A DNA stretch of 64,000 nt from an uncultured Acidobacteriota bacterium (GCA_963803735.1 CAWDNV010000023.1:21406-85405), one strand, 5' to 3'; positions 28,381 to 37,013 are shown, counted from the first letter of the stretch. Notes: generated by a model not told the origin, from the sequence alone. Numbers and translations: made by a program.

Positions 28381-29652
28381 GTGAACATCTGGAAGAAATG
28401 CCCCAGGATGCCTGCCGCGACGATCATTCTGTGCTTCGTTTGGGCTGCGGCTGCCGCTCTGCCCGCGCGAGCGCAGGACAAGCCCATGTATAAGGTCGAC
28501 CCCTTTTGGCCCAAGCCGTTGCCGCACAAATGGATTATGCAACAGGTTCCCACGCTGACCGTCGACAAAGACGATCACATCTGGGTGTTTAATCGTTCGC
28601 GACAAATCATGCCGGACGAATCCGGAGCATCGACGACGCCTCCGCGCACCGATTGCTGCATCGCGGGACCCGCGGTGCTCGAATTCGATACCGATGGCAA
28701 TCTTCTCAGGGGCTGGGGAGGTCCGGGCTACGTGCCCGGATGGCCGCGCGAGCAAACCATCAACACCGATAAAAAGGGGAACGTCTGGATATCCGGAATG
28801 GGCCGTGGAGACAGCATCCTCAAATTCACACCCGACGGAAAGTTGCTCTGGGATTTTGGTCATCGCGGACCTTACATAGAGCAAGGACCAAACGCACCGC
28901 CTTTGAAAGACAATAACCAGCAAACCGACACTTTCTACAGCGGCATGGCGGGTTTTGAAATAGACGACGATGTGCACGAGATCTACATCGCCGAAGGCGA
29001 GATGTTGAATAAGCGCGTCGTCGTATATGACGAAGACACCGGCGCATTCAAGCGCGGATGGGGCGGCCACGGAATGCCTTTGAGCGAAATTTCAAATGAC
29101 TCTGTGCCGGCCTATGACACAAGCGGCCCTCCTCCCGACATGAAGGGTTTCGCGATCCTGCACTGTATCCACATCTCGCACGACGGTTTGGTCTACGTCT
29201 GCGAACGCGGCAGCGATAGAGTTCAGGTTTTTACGAAGCAGGGTAAGTTCGTGCAAGAATTTTTCGTCCATCCTTCGACGCCGGCCCGTGGCCCGGAATG
29301 CGGCGGCCCCGGCAGCCTGAAATTCGGCCCCTGCGGAACGATCCTGAATCTCGCCTTCTCGCCCGCGCCAGAGCAGAAATACGTTTTCATTGCAGACGCG
29401 GCGAACGATAAGGTCTGGATCGTTAATCGCAAAGACGGCGTTACAGTTGGCTCGATCGGCGATAACGGACGCATGGCTGGCCAATTCCATTTTATCGATG
29501 GTCTGGCCGCGGATTCACATGGGAACATCTACACCGGCGAAGTCGAGACGGGCAAACGGATTCAAAAGTTCGTCCCTATCAACGGGAAGGGAAGCGTTAG
29601 CGCCGCTTCGGACAGGGCACAAGCACGAGGAGCTGGTAAATCAGGCGGTTAG
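28381..29652 (+). CDS. Exported NHL-repeat six-bladed beta-propeller (peptidyl-alpha-hydroxyglycine lyase-like).
   Basis: Signal peptide (…MPAATIILCFVWAAAAALPARA). Repeated blade motifs (DDHIWVFNR, KGNVWISG, HEIYIAEG, DGLVYVCERG, KYVFIADAANDKVWIVNR, HGNIYTGEV). A GTG start at 28381 with a GGGGGA RBS is preferred over ATG 28408. Confidence 0.7.
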   Translation: MNIWKKCPRMPAATIILCFVWAAAAALPARAQDKPMYKVDPFWPKPLPHKWIMQQVPTLTVDKDDHIWVFNRSRQIMPDESGASTTPPRTDCCIAGPAVLEFDTDGNLLRGWGGPGYVPGWPREQTINTDKKGNVWISGMGRGDSILKFTPDGKLLWDFGHRGPYIEQGPNAPPLKDNNQQTDTFYSGMAGFEIDDDVHEIYIAEGEMLNKRVVVYDEDTGAFKRGWGGHGMPLSEISNDSVPAYDTSGPPPDMKGFAILHCIHISHDGLVYVCERGSDRVQVFTKQGKFVQEFFVHPSTPARGPECGGPGSLKFGPCGTILNLAFSPAPEQKYVFIADAANDKVWIVNRKDGVTVGSIGDNGRMAGQFHFIDGLAADSHGNIYTGEVETGKRIQKFVPINGKGSVSAASDRAQARGAGKSGG

Positions 29653-29748
29653 CGTGCTGCCGAAGCTACGATGCCAAGACGGAAATCAGGATAACGGCGG
29701 AAGTCGCCGAATCGAAATGAGAATTCCACCTGAAAGGAGAACGCTCGA

Positions 29749-30204
29749 ATGAAGTCATTGCTGACGCTGACTATATTCTTGACGATGGCTGTTTTCCTCA
29801 CCGCCGCTGCCGCCCCGATCGGAGGTGGCGTCCCGGCGGCAGTTCATTACATCGGCCACGACAAAGTGGCCGAAGTGATGGCTAAGGGCGGACCGATCGT
29901 GAACGATCCCGGCCTGATCGTGCTCGCCAATCGCCGCGGAGCTGGTCAGGTGGAGTATCACGAGCACACCAACCACATCTTCATCATGGTGGAAGGGGAA
30001 GCCACTTTCATAACCGGCGGCACCATGGTCGGCGCCAAGCGCACCAGCCCGGATCAGATGGTGGCGACCTCCATCGACGGAGGCGAGACCCACCACCTCA
30101 GTAAAGGCGACGTCATCACCATTCCCGCCAAGACGCCGCATTGGTGGAAGGAAGTTCCGACAAAGACCGCCGCCTATTACGCCGTGAACATCGAAGGCCA
30201 ATAG
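29749..30204 (+). CDS. Exported cupin-domain protein.
   Basis: Signal peptide. Cupin motifs VEYHEHTNHIFIMVEGEA and GDVITIPAKTPHWW. AAAGGAGA RBS. Confidence 0.7.
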   Translation: MKSLLTLTIFLTMAVFLTAAAAPIGGGVPAAVHYIGHDKVAEVMAKGGPIVNDPGLIVLANRRGAGQVEYHEHTNHIFIMVEGEATFITGGTMVGAKRTSPDQMVATSIDGGETHHLSKGDVITIPAKTPHWWKEVPTKTAAYYAVNIEGQ

Positions 30205-30253
30205 CGCGCAGCAACCGCCCTCGTTTCGCTCGACGAAAGCGCGACGGTTCAAG

Positions 30254-31189
30254 CTATTTGTTCGTACCGTCGTCGGATGTGGGGTCGACGGGTTTGCCAA
30301 CCAGCTTGTTGTATTCCGCCATTTCCGTCGCCGAGCAGATACGCTCAGTCATATCGAAAGTGTCGGGCAGCCGGTGTAAAACGTATTTGACCAGCGCCTT
30401 CCATGGCTGCGTATAAAACTTGGGGTCGTCGATCGTCACCGTCAGCTCCATGATCTCGGAGTTCACCCGGTGCCACCGCTCCTCCACCTTCAGCGCGTCG
30501 CTATGCGGGCGGCCCACGTTATCCAGCCACGTTCTCGGGTCCATTCCGATATAGTTCGCAACGAACGTATAATCATCCGCCCATTTGCCCACCGCATATC
30601 CGTTCCATCTCGGTGCGGGATCGGCGGGCAGTTCGCGTCCGTCCATCCAGATGATCCGCCAAGTGTCGTTATTTTGGTTCAGGATCGCCAGCTTCTTTGC
30701 ATTCTGAAAAATCTCGATCGTTCGGAGTTCGAAAAGGTCGTTGCGTGGCATTCCCTCCGGATCGCAATAGTCCACCGGATCATTTACCTCTGCGACCGGG
30801 AATTGCCCCGAAACTCCCGTTCCCGGTTTGTTCTTCGCGCGCGCTTCCTTCCCCAAAGCCGAATAAGGCACGTCGTGTCCTAGATGTTCCGGATCATCGG
30901 GGTATTCGAACGCGCCGTTTGGCTGCACTCCTCCGTCCAGAAATCCTGCATCCCAAATTCCGGAAAGATCGCGCTTCGGAGCAGGTTCCGGCTTCACTTT
31001 TTCGTAGTAGCCTTTGGGCGGCGGCGCCGGTGTGTTCCATTTTTCAGCCTTCCATTTCTCGATATCCGCCGCGCTCGCCGCTTGCCCCTGCTGGCCTGGT
31101 GAACTCGTTTGCGCCCGCATAAGGCATGCACCCATCAGCGCTGCAGCCAGCGAAATCGTCGCAGTGAAAATCGTCGTTCGGTTCGCCAT
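30254..31189 (-). CDS. Exported protein of unknown function, partner of the DUF6152-like protein (paralog P2).
   Basis: Start MANRTTIFTATISLAAALMGACLMRA. Shares DLSGIW, CDPEGMPR, GKWADDYTFV, RPHSD, ERW and DPKFYTQPW with P1 and P3. Confidence 0.7.
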   Translation of the reverse strand: MANRTTIFTATISLAAALMGACLMRAQTSSPGQQGQAASAADIEKWKAEKWNTPAPPPKGYYEKVKPEPAPKRDLSGIWDAGFLDGGVQPNGAFEYPDDPEHLGHDVPYSALGKEARAKNKPGTGVSGQFPVAEVNDPVDYCDPEGMPRNDLFELRTIEIFQNAKKLAILNQNNDTWRIIWMDGRELPADPAPRWNGYAVGKWADDYTFVANYIGMDPRTWLDNVGRPHSDALKVEERWHRVNSEIMELTVTIDDPKFYTQPWKALVKYVLHRLPDTFDMTERICSATEMAEYNKLVGKPVDPTSDDGTNK

Positions 31190-31247
31190 TCTCGAAATCC
31201 TTCGCCTCTTAAATTCCACTTCCGGCGTCTACGAGCTCGCCGCGCGT

Positions 31248-31694
31248 TTATTTCGGCCCATCCGAGTTCGGATCGGATTTCTTCGCCGGAGGTGCCACAT
31301 CGTTCAACGTGGAGGGCAGATGCGCGTCAAGCAGCACCGTGCCGTCCGGCGACAGAATCCGCCGGATTCGTCCGACGAGCGCGCTGTTTTTGGGCGGCAT
31401 CACGTCGACCACGATCGTATCGCCCACCTTGAGCGAAGTCTTATGCCAACTTGCGTCGGTCGTCGATGGGGGATTGCCTTCCAATACCCAATGCTGCACG
31501 TTGCCTTTGTCATCGGTCACGTCCAGTTTCATCAGGCTGTGCGGGTTGGCAAAAATCCAGGTCGCCACCGTCCCTTTTATCGTGAGAGTTTTCTCGTAGT
31601 CGTACGCCGCGTTTCCGTGGTGGGCAGACAGCGGAACCGAAATGATCCCGAAACCAAAAGCCAGGAGAAATATAGCCGCAGACCTGTTTCTCAT
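31248..31694 (-). CDS. DUF6152-like small exported protein (copy 2).
   Basis: Signal peptide ending PLSA, then HHGNA. Conserved core shared with 14357..14782. GGGAGGG RBS. Confidence 0.75.
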   Translation of the reverse strand: MRNRSAAIFLLAFGFGIISVPLSAHHGNAAYDYEKTLTIKGTVATWIFANPHSLMKLDVTDDKGNVQHWVLEGNPPSTTDASWHKTSLKVGDTIVVDVMPPKNSALVGRIRRILSPDGTVLLDAHLPSTLNDVAPPAKKSDPNSDGPK

Positions 31695-31710
31695 GGTGTC
31701 CCTCCCAATT

Positions 31711-31773
31711 TTCGCCCCAAGTGGTCGCCCGACGTGGTCGCCCCGATGTGGTCACCCGATGTGGTGACGCGAT
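31711..31773. repeat. Tandem array of about 4.5 copies of a 13-14 nt unit (GTGGTCRCCCGAY).
   Basis: Units read directly: 31721-31733, 31734-31747, 31748-31760 and 31761-31773, plus a partial unit at 31711-31720. The array begins 17-27 nt upstream of the 31694 start codon. Confidence 0.85.
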
Positions 31774-31902
31774 AAAGATCAGCCCGGATTATACGCCTCC
31801 CGTGCCGCTGCGCGCATTTTGGGTCTGCCGGTTAAGAGGAGTCGTTTAACAGCTTCGCGAGATTGGTAGGCGGCCTATCGTCGTGAACAAATCATTCCGA
31901 AT

Positions 31903-32100
31903 TCAACCACCACGCTTGACATAACCTGGACACCGAAGAACCGGCAGGCGCGGATACTTTGGGAAGTTGTGGTTGGAAAATGAGAGTTCACACAAGAAGT
32001 AGAAGGTGTCCTCCTTCCCCTCAACTCGTTTTGCGTGCACACAATCCAGGCAGAGACCCACGTGAGAGGGATCGCTCTTGGTTGCAAGGTTATCTTTCAC
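31903..32100 (-). CDS. Small (about 65 aa) four-Cys protein of unknown function, downstream of arsR.
   Basis: GTG at 32100, 15 nt after the arsR stop. Sequence is ...GLCLDCVHAKRVEGKEDTFYFLCELS...FPKYPRLPVLRCPGY. The CxxC...C...C pattern resembles a widely conserved small hypothetical family. Confidence 0.4.
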   Translation of the reverse strand: MKDNLATKSDPSHVGLCLDCVHAKRVEGKEDTFYFLCELSFSNHNFPKYPRLPVLRCPGYVKRGG

Positions 32101-32114
32101 ACTGCCTGTCCACA

Positions 32115-32507
32115 CTAGACTAGCGCCGGCTGGGGCGCTCCCTGCAGTAATTCGAACTTCTGCGGTGAGCAGCAGGCAGCTCCGAGTATCGACAAGTCCC
32201 GTTTCATCTCGGCTTTCTCCCGCAAATGCTTGAGTGTTTCCCGCAGGATGCTCGCGGCGATTTCGTCCTTCGGTACGACAAGCCGGTAATGCATCCATTT
32301 TCCTTCACGCCTGGCCGCCGCAATCCCCGCCTTACGGAGATACGCCAAATGTCGCGAGATTTTCGGCTGGCTCATTTGCAGGATTTCCACGAAGTAGCAA
32401 ACGCAAATCTCCCGATCCGCGATCAGGTTCAGCAGCCGGAGCCGGGTGGGGTCCGCCAATGCCCGAAAGAGAAGATGCAGTGAAGATGTGCCCTGCCGAT
32501 TTGCCAT
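32115..32507 (-). CDS. arsR: ArsR/SmtB-family metalloregulator.
   Basis: LFRALADPTRLRLLNLI, ICVCYF metal(loid) site and SQPKISRHLAYLRKAG recognition helix. Start at MANRQGTS (32507). Confidence 0.85.
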   Translation of the reverse strand: MANRQGTSSLHLLFRALADPTRLRLLNLIADREICVCYFVEILQMSQPKISRHLAYLRKAGIAAARREGKWMHYRLVVPKDEIAASILRETLKHLREKAEMKRDLSILGAACCSPQKFELLQGAPQPALV

Positions 32508-32533
32508 GCGCCAATCATAACACATAAGCCTTG

Positions 32534-32589
32534 ACATATATGTTCGCCGAGCGGTAACCTGCGACATATCTGACAACGCAGATATGTCG
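32534..32589. promoter_or_regulatory. Divergent arsR/arsM control region with two palindromic operator-like sites.
   Basis: Perfect 10-nt palindrome ACATATATGT (32534-32543), overlapping TTGACA at 32531-32536. Perfect 11-bp inverted repeat CGACATATCTG-N6-CAGATATGTCG (32562-32589), ending 8 nt before the arsM ATG. Confidence 0.65.
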
Positions 32590-32597
32590 AGGACACC

Positions 32598-33470
32598 ATG
32601 GCAACCAAGGATCAGGTAAGAAATAAGTACGCAGAAGCTGCTAACCAGGTCGCATCGGGCGGTAGCCCTTGCTGCGGCGGCAGTGGGAATGCTCGCGATC
32701 CCATTACAGGCAATCTCTACGACGAATCTCAAATCTCGGCGCTGCCTGAGGAGGCCCTCAAAGCCTCTATGGGCTGCGGCAATCCGACGGCGTTAGCAGC
32801 ACTCCGGCGGGGCGAAACCGTTCTGGACCTGGGTTCGGGCGGAGGCATCGACGTTCTTCTTTCAGCCCGGCGAGTAGGTCCGGAGGGAAAAGCCTACGGT
32901 CTGGATATGACCGATGAAATGCTCGGACTCGCCCGCGAAAACCAACGAAAAGCTGGTGTGCAAAACGTCGAGTTCCTGAAGGGCGAAATCGAGAATATCC
33001 CGCTTCCCGAAAATGCCGTTGACGTAGTCATCTCGAACTGCGTCATCAATCTTTCCGCGGACAAAAACCGCGTCTTGCAGGAGGCGTTTCGCGTTCTGCG
33101 GCCGGGCGGACGTTTTGCTGTTTCGGATGTAGTCGTGCGGGGGCCGGTGCCTGCCGAGATTCGGAAGAACGTGGAGCTATGGATTGGCTGCATCGCCGGG
33201 GCCATGGATGAATCCGAATATAGCGCCAAACTCGCCGCCGCGGGGTTTGAAGCGATAGAGATCGAACCGACACGCGTCTACAAAATCGAAGACGCTCGCC
33301 AGTTCCTCGCCGGTGTGGGTCTTGATGTCGAGGCCATTGCACTGCAGGTAGGGGACAAGTTTGCGAGCGCTTTCATTCGCGCCAGGAAGCCGGTTCTCAA
33401 GAAGGGAATTGCTGAAAGCCCTTGCTGTGCGCCCTCCTGTTGTTCTACCGCCGAAAAGCAAAGCGCGTGA
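32598..33470 (+). CDS. arsM: Arsenite S-adenosylmethionine methyltransferase.
   Basis: N-terminal Cys pairs (SPCCGG, MGCGNP), SAM motif [12 protein letters not shown] and a Cys-rich C-terminus. Confidence 0.9.
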   Translation: MATKDQVRNKYAEAANQVASGGSPCCGGSGNARDPITGNLYDESQISALPEEALKASMGCGNPTALAALRRGETVLDLGSGGGIDVLLSARRVGPEGKAYGLDMTDEMLGLARENQRKAGVQNVEFLKGEIENIPLPENAVDVVISNCVINLSADKNRVLQEAFRVLRPGGRFAVSDVVVRGPVPAEIRKNVELWIGCIAGAMDESEYSAKLAAAGFEAIEIEPTRVYKIEDARQFLAGVGLDVEAIALQVGDKFASAFIRARKPVLKKGIAESPCCAPSCCSTAEKQSA

Positions 33471-33473
33471 TCT

Positions 33474-33965
33474 ATGGAGCGCCGCTACAACGTCCTGTTC
33501 CTTTGCACAGGGAATTCGGCTCGGTCGATCATGGCTGAGGCAATTCTCAATCAGAAAGGACCGCCCAGCTTCAAAGCCTACAGTGCGGGTAGCCATCCTG
33601 CGGGGCTTGTGCGGCCAGAGGCACTCGATCAGCTTGCTGTCGCGCGAATGCCCATGAATGGATTGCGGAGCAAGGATTGGGATGAGTTCGCAAGAGCCGG
33701 AGCGCCCAAGCTGGATTTCGTCTTCACCGTGTGTGACAAGGCCGCCAACGAAGTATGCCCGGTCTGGCCTGGCCAGCCCATGACCGCGCACTGGGGCGTT
33801 CCTGATCCCGCCGCCGTGAATGGCTCGCGGGAAGCAATCGAGAAGGCGTTCCGCGACGCCTTCATGATTCTCGACCGCAGGATCAGCTTGTTTCTTTGCC
33901 TGCCCCTCGCGAGCCTCGATAAGCTGGCGATCCAAAAACAAATCGACCGGATAGGATACCAATGA
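33474..33965 (+). CDS. arsC: Arsenate reductase, LMW-PTPase type.
   Basis: P-loop VLFLCTGNSARS plus distal Cys residues (FTVCDKAANEVCP). Confidence 0.9.
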   Translation: MERRYNVLFLCTGNSARSIMAEAILNQKGPPSFKAYSAGSHPAGLVRPEALDQLAVARMPMNGLRSKDWDEFARAGAPKLDFVFTVCDKAANEVCPVWPGQPMTAHWGVPDPAAVNGSREAIEKAFRDAFMILDRRISLFLCLPLASLDKLAIQKQIDRIGYQ

Positions 33966-34696
33966 GGCCAAGTCTCAACAGGCGAATCGCCGCCGAATTC
34001 TTTGGGACGGCTTTCCTCGTCGCCGCAGTCGTGGGCTCGGGCATCATGGCGGAGCGTCTCTCTGGCGGCAATGTGGCTATGGCCCTGCTCGCGAACACCA
34101 TCGCCACGGGCGCCGCCCTCGTCACTCTGATCCTTACTTTTGGACCGATCTCGGGCGCGCATTTTAATCCCGCGGTATCGCTCGCGGACACAATGGAAGG
34201 CGGTTTGTCCTGGCGTGACCTTGGTGGTTATATCGGCGCGCAGACTTTCGGCGGCATAGGCGGAACGCTTGCAGCACACGCCATGTTTGGGCTTCCGCTG
34301 ATATCCCTGTCGCGACACGTGCGAGCCGGGTCGTCCCAGTTCCTCAGTGAATTCATCGCAGCATTCGGATTGCTTTGTGTGATATGGGGATGCTCGCGAT
34401 CAAGCTCCAATTCCCCCTTGGTCCCTTTTGCGGTTGCAAGCTACATCACCGCTGCTTATTGGTTCACGGCTTCCACATCATTTGCTAATCCCGCCGTCAC
34501 TATCGCCAGAGCCCTCAGCGATACCTTTGCCGGCATTCGGCCGCGTGATGCGCCCCTGTTTGTCGTTGCACAACTACTCGGGGCGCTTACTGCCACGATG
34601 CTCTTTCGCTGGCTCGTTCCCGGATTGCGAACGAAAGCCAAGAGCGTCGTGTTCGCTCAGAATCAAGAAGCCGAGACAATTTCGCCCTCGCGATAA
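33962..34696 (+). CDS. MIP-family aquaglyceroporin (probable arsenite channel).
   Basis: Two NPA boxes (HFNPAVS, FANPAVT). 4-nt overlap with arsC. Confidence 0.85.
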   Translation: MRPSLNRRIAAEFFGTAFLVAAVVGSGIMAERLSGGNVAMALLANTIATGAALVTLILTFGPISGAHFNPAVSLADTMEGGLSWRDLGGYIGAQTFGGIGGTLAAHAMFGLPLISLSRHVRAGSSQFLSEFIAAFGLLCVIWGCSRSSSNSPLVPFAVASYITAAYWFTASTSFANPAVTIARALSDTFAGIRPRDAPLFVVAQLLGALTATMLFRWLVPGLRTKAKSVVFAQNQEAETISPSR

Positions 34697-34772
34697 CGGA
34701 GCCATTCGACCAGGATCGCTGCCCCGAGCGACAAAACCGCGCGAAAGTCTGTTTGCTTTGACCTAAGCTGAG

Positions 34773-34880
34773 CCTCTTTACTCGCGCGTTAAAACGAGCA
34801 TCCGATCAGGATGTTCGTCCCGAGTGAGCATCGCGAGCGAGGGATCTCTCTGATTATTGGCCCTCTTTACTCGCGCGTTA
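34773..34880. repeat. Pair of perfect 19-nt direct repeats (CCTCTTTACTCGCGCGTTA) spaced 89 nt apart.
   Basis: Copies at 34773-34791 and 34862-34880, read directly. They lie in a roughly 700-nt non-coding tract. Confidence 0.85.
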
Positions 34881-35403
34881 GAATAGATGTATGCCTGCTC
34901 CCGGTTGTTCTGCGGTATTGCTCCGCCGGCTAAGCTTTCTCGTACTGGCGGAGAACGAACTCGGGCGACGCCGCAATTTAAAGCTGTCATCACGAGGCCC
35001 GAAGGCCGAGGGATCTGCTGTACGTTTGAAGCGTGATCCAGCGGCCAAATGGACCTTGGAGCTGTTCTGATTTGGCTATCCACGCTCGCTAAAAAATTAT
35101 CCGTTCTCTACGAACCACACTTCCAGTTGCGATCGATTCGAATGAAAGGGCAACCGACTTCCTTCTCGACCGCCCCAGGACTTGCCGAAGCCGATGTTCT
35201 TATCCCGAGCACGAGATCCCCACGAGCGGGGGGTGTTTCTCTGTGTTCTCTGTGCCTCGGTGGCCTCTGTGTAGGTTTCGTTTTTCCGGGCCATCCGAGT
35301 CACTTCCGTGACGTGGGCACACACTCGATGTCAGATGGAAGTGCCGCAGAATGAACACTTGCACAAAATATATGGGGGGGGTGGGTACCCTTATCGACGC
35401 CGT

Positions 35404-36609
35404 CTATGATTGCTCGAAAGTGAAAAGGACGATCTCGGCATGGGTTCCGACGCGGAAGGGTGGGCCCCAGGTGCCGGCACCCCAATTGGTGAAGACGAGC
35501 ATCCGGCCGAAGCGATTCAGGCCATGGACATAGGGACCATAAACTCGGGACGCAACCCAGGAGCCTGGAGGGAACTGCCCGCCGTGCGTGTGGCCGCAAA
35601 CCTGAAGAGAAATTCCCTCTTCCTCGGCGATGGGCAGCCGGTGAGGCGCGTGCACGAGCAGAATGCTTGCCCTCTCGGGCTTGATGCCGGCGTCGCGAAC
35701 GATGGAGCGGAAATGCCCAGGATCGGTCGTCTCCCGGTAATGCACCCCAACGATTTGCATTCCGTCGAGTTCCACTTTCTCATTATTCACCACGCGCACT
35801 CCGGCTTTCGACACGGCCTCCAGATACTTGCCGCGGCCGGTGAATTCTTCATGATTACCGGTTATGAAAAGCGCGCCGTGGGGTACAGAGAGTGCGGACC
35901 AGGGTGCAGCCAAGGCGCCGACATTAGCTTTCGTGCCGTCGTACATATCGCCGGTGATAAAGACGATGTCCGGGCGAAGCTGGTTCAGCCGGGTCACCAT
36001 TCGCCGCATGAAGCCGACATTGCGGATGTGCCCCAGATGCGTATCGCTGATAAGTGCAGCCACACGTCCGCGCCACGCGGCTGGAACGTTCGGCAGCTTG
36101 ATCGTGACTCGAGTTGTGCGAACGCGGGCAGCATTCACAAGCCCGTAAACGCCGACAACAATCGCCGCAGCCAAAAATACGTTAGCGATCTGATCGGCTG
36201 CTATCTGCAGCCCTGCGAGACGCACCACACCGAGAAGAATCCAGCAGCCTGCCGCCGCAAACACACAGAAGGTCATGAACCCGATCCAAACCGCATTAAT
36301 GATGTAGAAGACGCGCACGGCGGGATTGAAATACTGCCAGGCGAGGAACGACGCGATGACAAAACTCACTGCAGCCAGCAGAAATACGATTCGCAGAATG
36401 ATGAGAGTTGTGGTGTCGAGCGCGGGATGAAAGGCGACCCATGTCTCGTAGAGGAACCAATGTGCGAGAAGCAGGATCGACTGAACAATGACGACGAGCC
36501 TGCGGACTCGCCTCGGCGTTACTTCGGCGGATTCCAGAGATGTTGGTTTTTCGGCTACCGGCCGCGGAGGCGAAGCCTCAGATTGGAGAGAAGAGTCCGC
36601 GTCGGTCAT
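35404..36609 (-). CDS. Membrane-anchored metallophosphoesterase (YkuE-like).
   Basis: N-terminal TM helices. Calcineurin-like motifs ISDTHLG, ITGDMYDG, GNHE and VCGHTHGGQ. Confidence 0.8.
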   Translation of the reverse strand: MTDADSSLQSEASPPRPVAEKPTSLESAEVTPRRVRRLVVIVQSILLLAHWFLYETWVAFHPALDTTTLIILRIVFLLAAVSFVIASFLAWQYFNPAVRVFYIINAVWIGFMTFCVFAAAGCWILLGVVRLAGLQIAADQIANVFLAAAIVVGVYGLVNAARVRTTRVTIKLPNVPAAWRGRVAALISDTHLGHIRNVGFMRRMVTRLNQLRPDIVFITGDMYDGTKANVGALAAPWSALSVPHGALFITGNHEEFTGRGKYLEAVSKAGVRVVNNEKVELDGMQIVGVHYRETTDPGHFRSIVRDAGIKPERASILLVHAPHRLPIAEEEGISLQVCGHTHGGQFPPGSWVASRVYGPYVHGLNRFGRMLVFTNWGAGTWGPPFRVGTHAEIVLFTFEQS

Positions 36610-36644
36610 ATAGAGCTAGAATAAACATATGGGAGCGTAAAGCA

Positions 36645-36986
36645 ATGGCAGTCGCAGGAGCGCAGGATCGGATCGTCGCGGCAGTAAGGAGTTGGCAGGG
36701 AGTTGAGATTCGACCGCACCGCTACGGCGGGCTGGAGTTCCGGCTAGGTAAGCGCGAACTCGGGCACATTCATGGCGATGCCCTGGTGGATATTCCGTTT
36801 CCCAAGGCTGTGCGCGATGAAATCGTCGCCGCAGGCGAAGCCGAACCGCACCACATCTTGCCCAATTCAGGTTGGATCAGCTTATTTCTGAGAAGAGCCC
36901 AAGACGTGGAAACCGCAATCAGATTGCTCGAGCGCTCCTTGCAATTAGCGCTGGAACACCATCAGGGCGTAATGGCAAAGGGCTAG
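36645..36986 (+). CDS. Small luciferase-family / DUF5519-like protein.
   Basis: ELGHIHGDALVDIPFPKAVRDEIVAAGEAEPHHILPNSGW motif. Start at MAVAGAQD (36645). Confidence 0.55.
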   Translation: MAVAGAQDRIVAAVRSWQGVEIRPHRYGGLEFRLGKRELGHIHGDALVDIPFPKAVRDEIVAAGEAEPHHILPNSGWISLFLRRAQDVETAIRLLERSLQLALEHHQGVMAKG

Positions 36987-37013
36987 ACGGACTCTTTATT
37001 TTTCTACCGGTTG

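Noticed and set aside
31711-31773. The tandem repeat array considered as a CRISPR or mini-CRISPR.
   Set aside because: The units are 13-14 nt and contiguous, with no spacers, and there are no cas genes. It is a simple tandem repeat in a promoter or leader.
33177-33971. 264-aa minus-strand ORF (also 33629..34318).
   Set aside because: It is antisense to arsM, arsC and the aquaporin, all of which have clear signatures.
35410-36624. 404-aa plus-strand ORF.
   Set aside because: It is antisense to the metallophosphoesterase, which carries all the calcineurin-like motifs.
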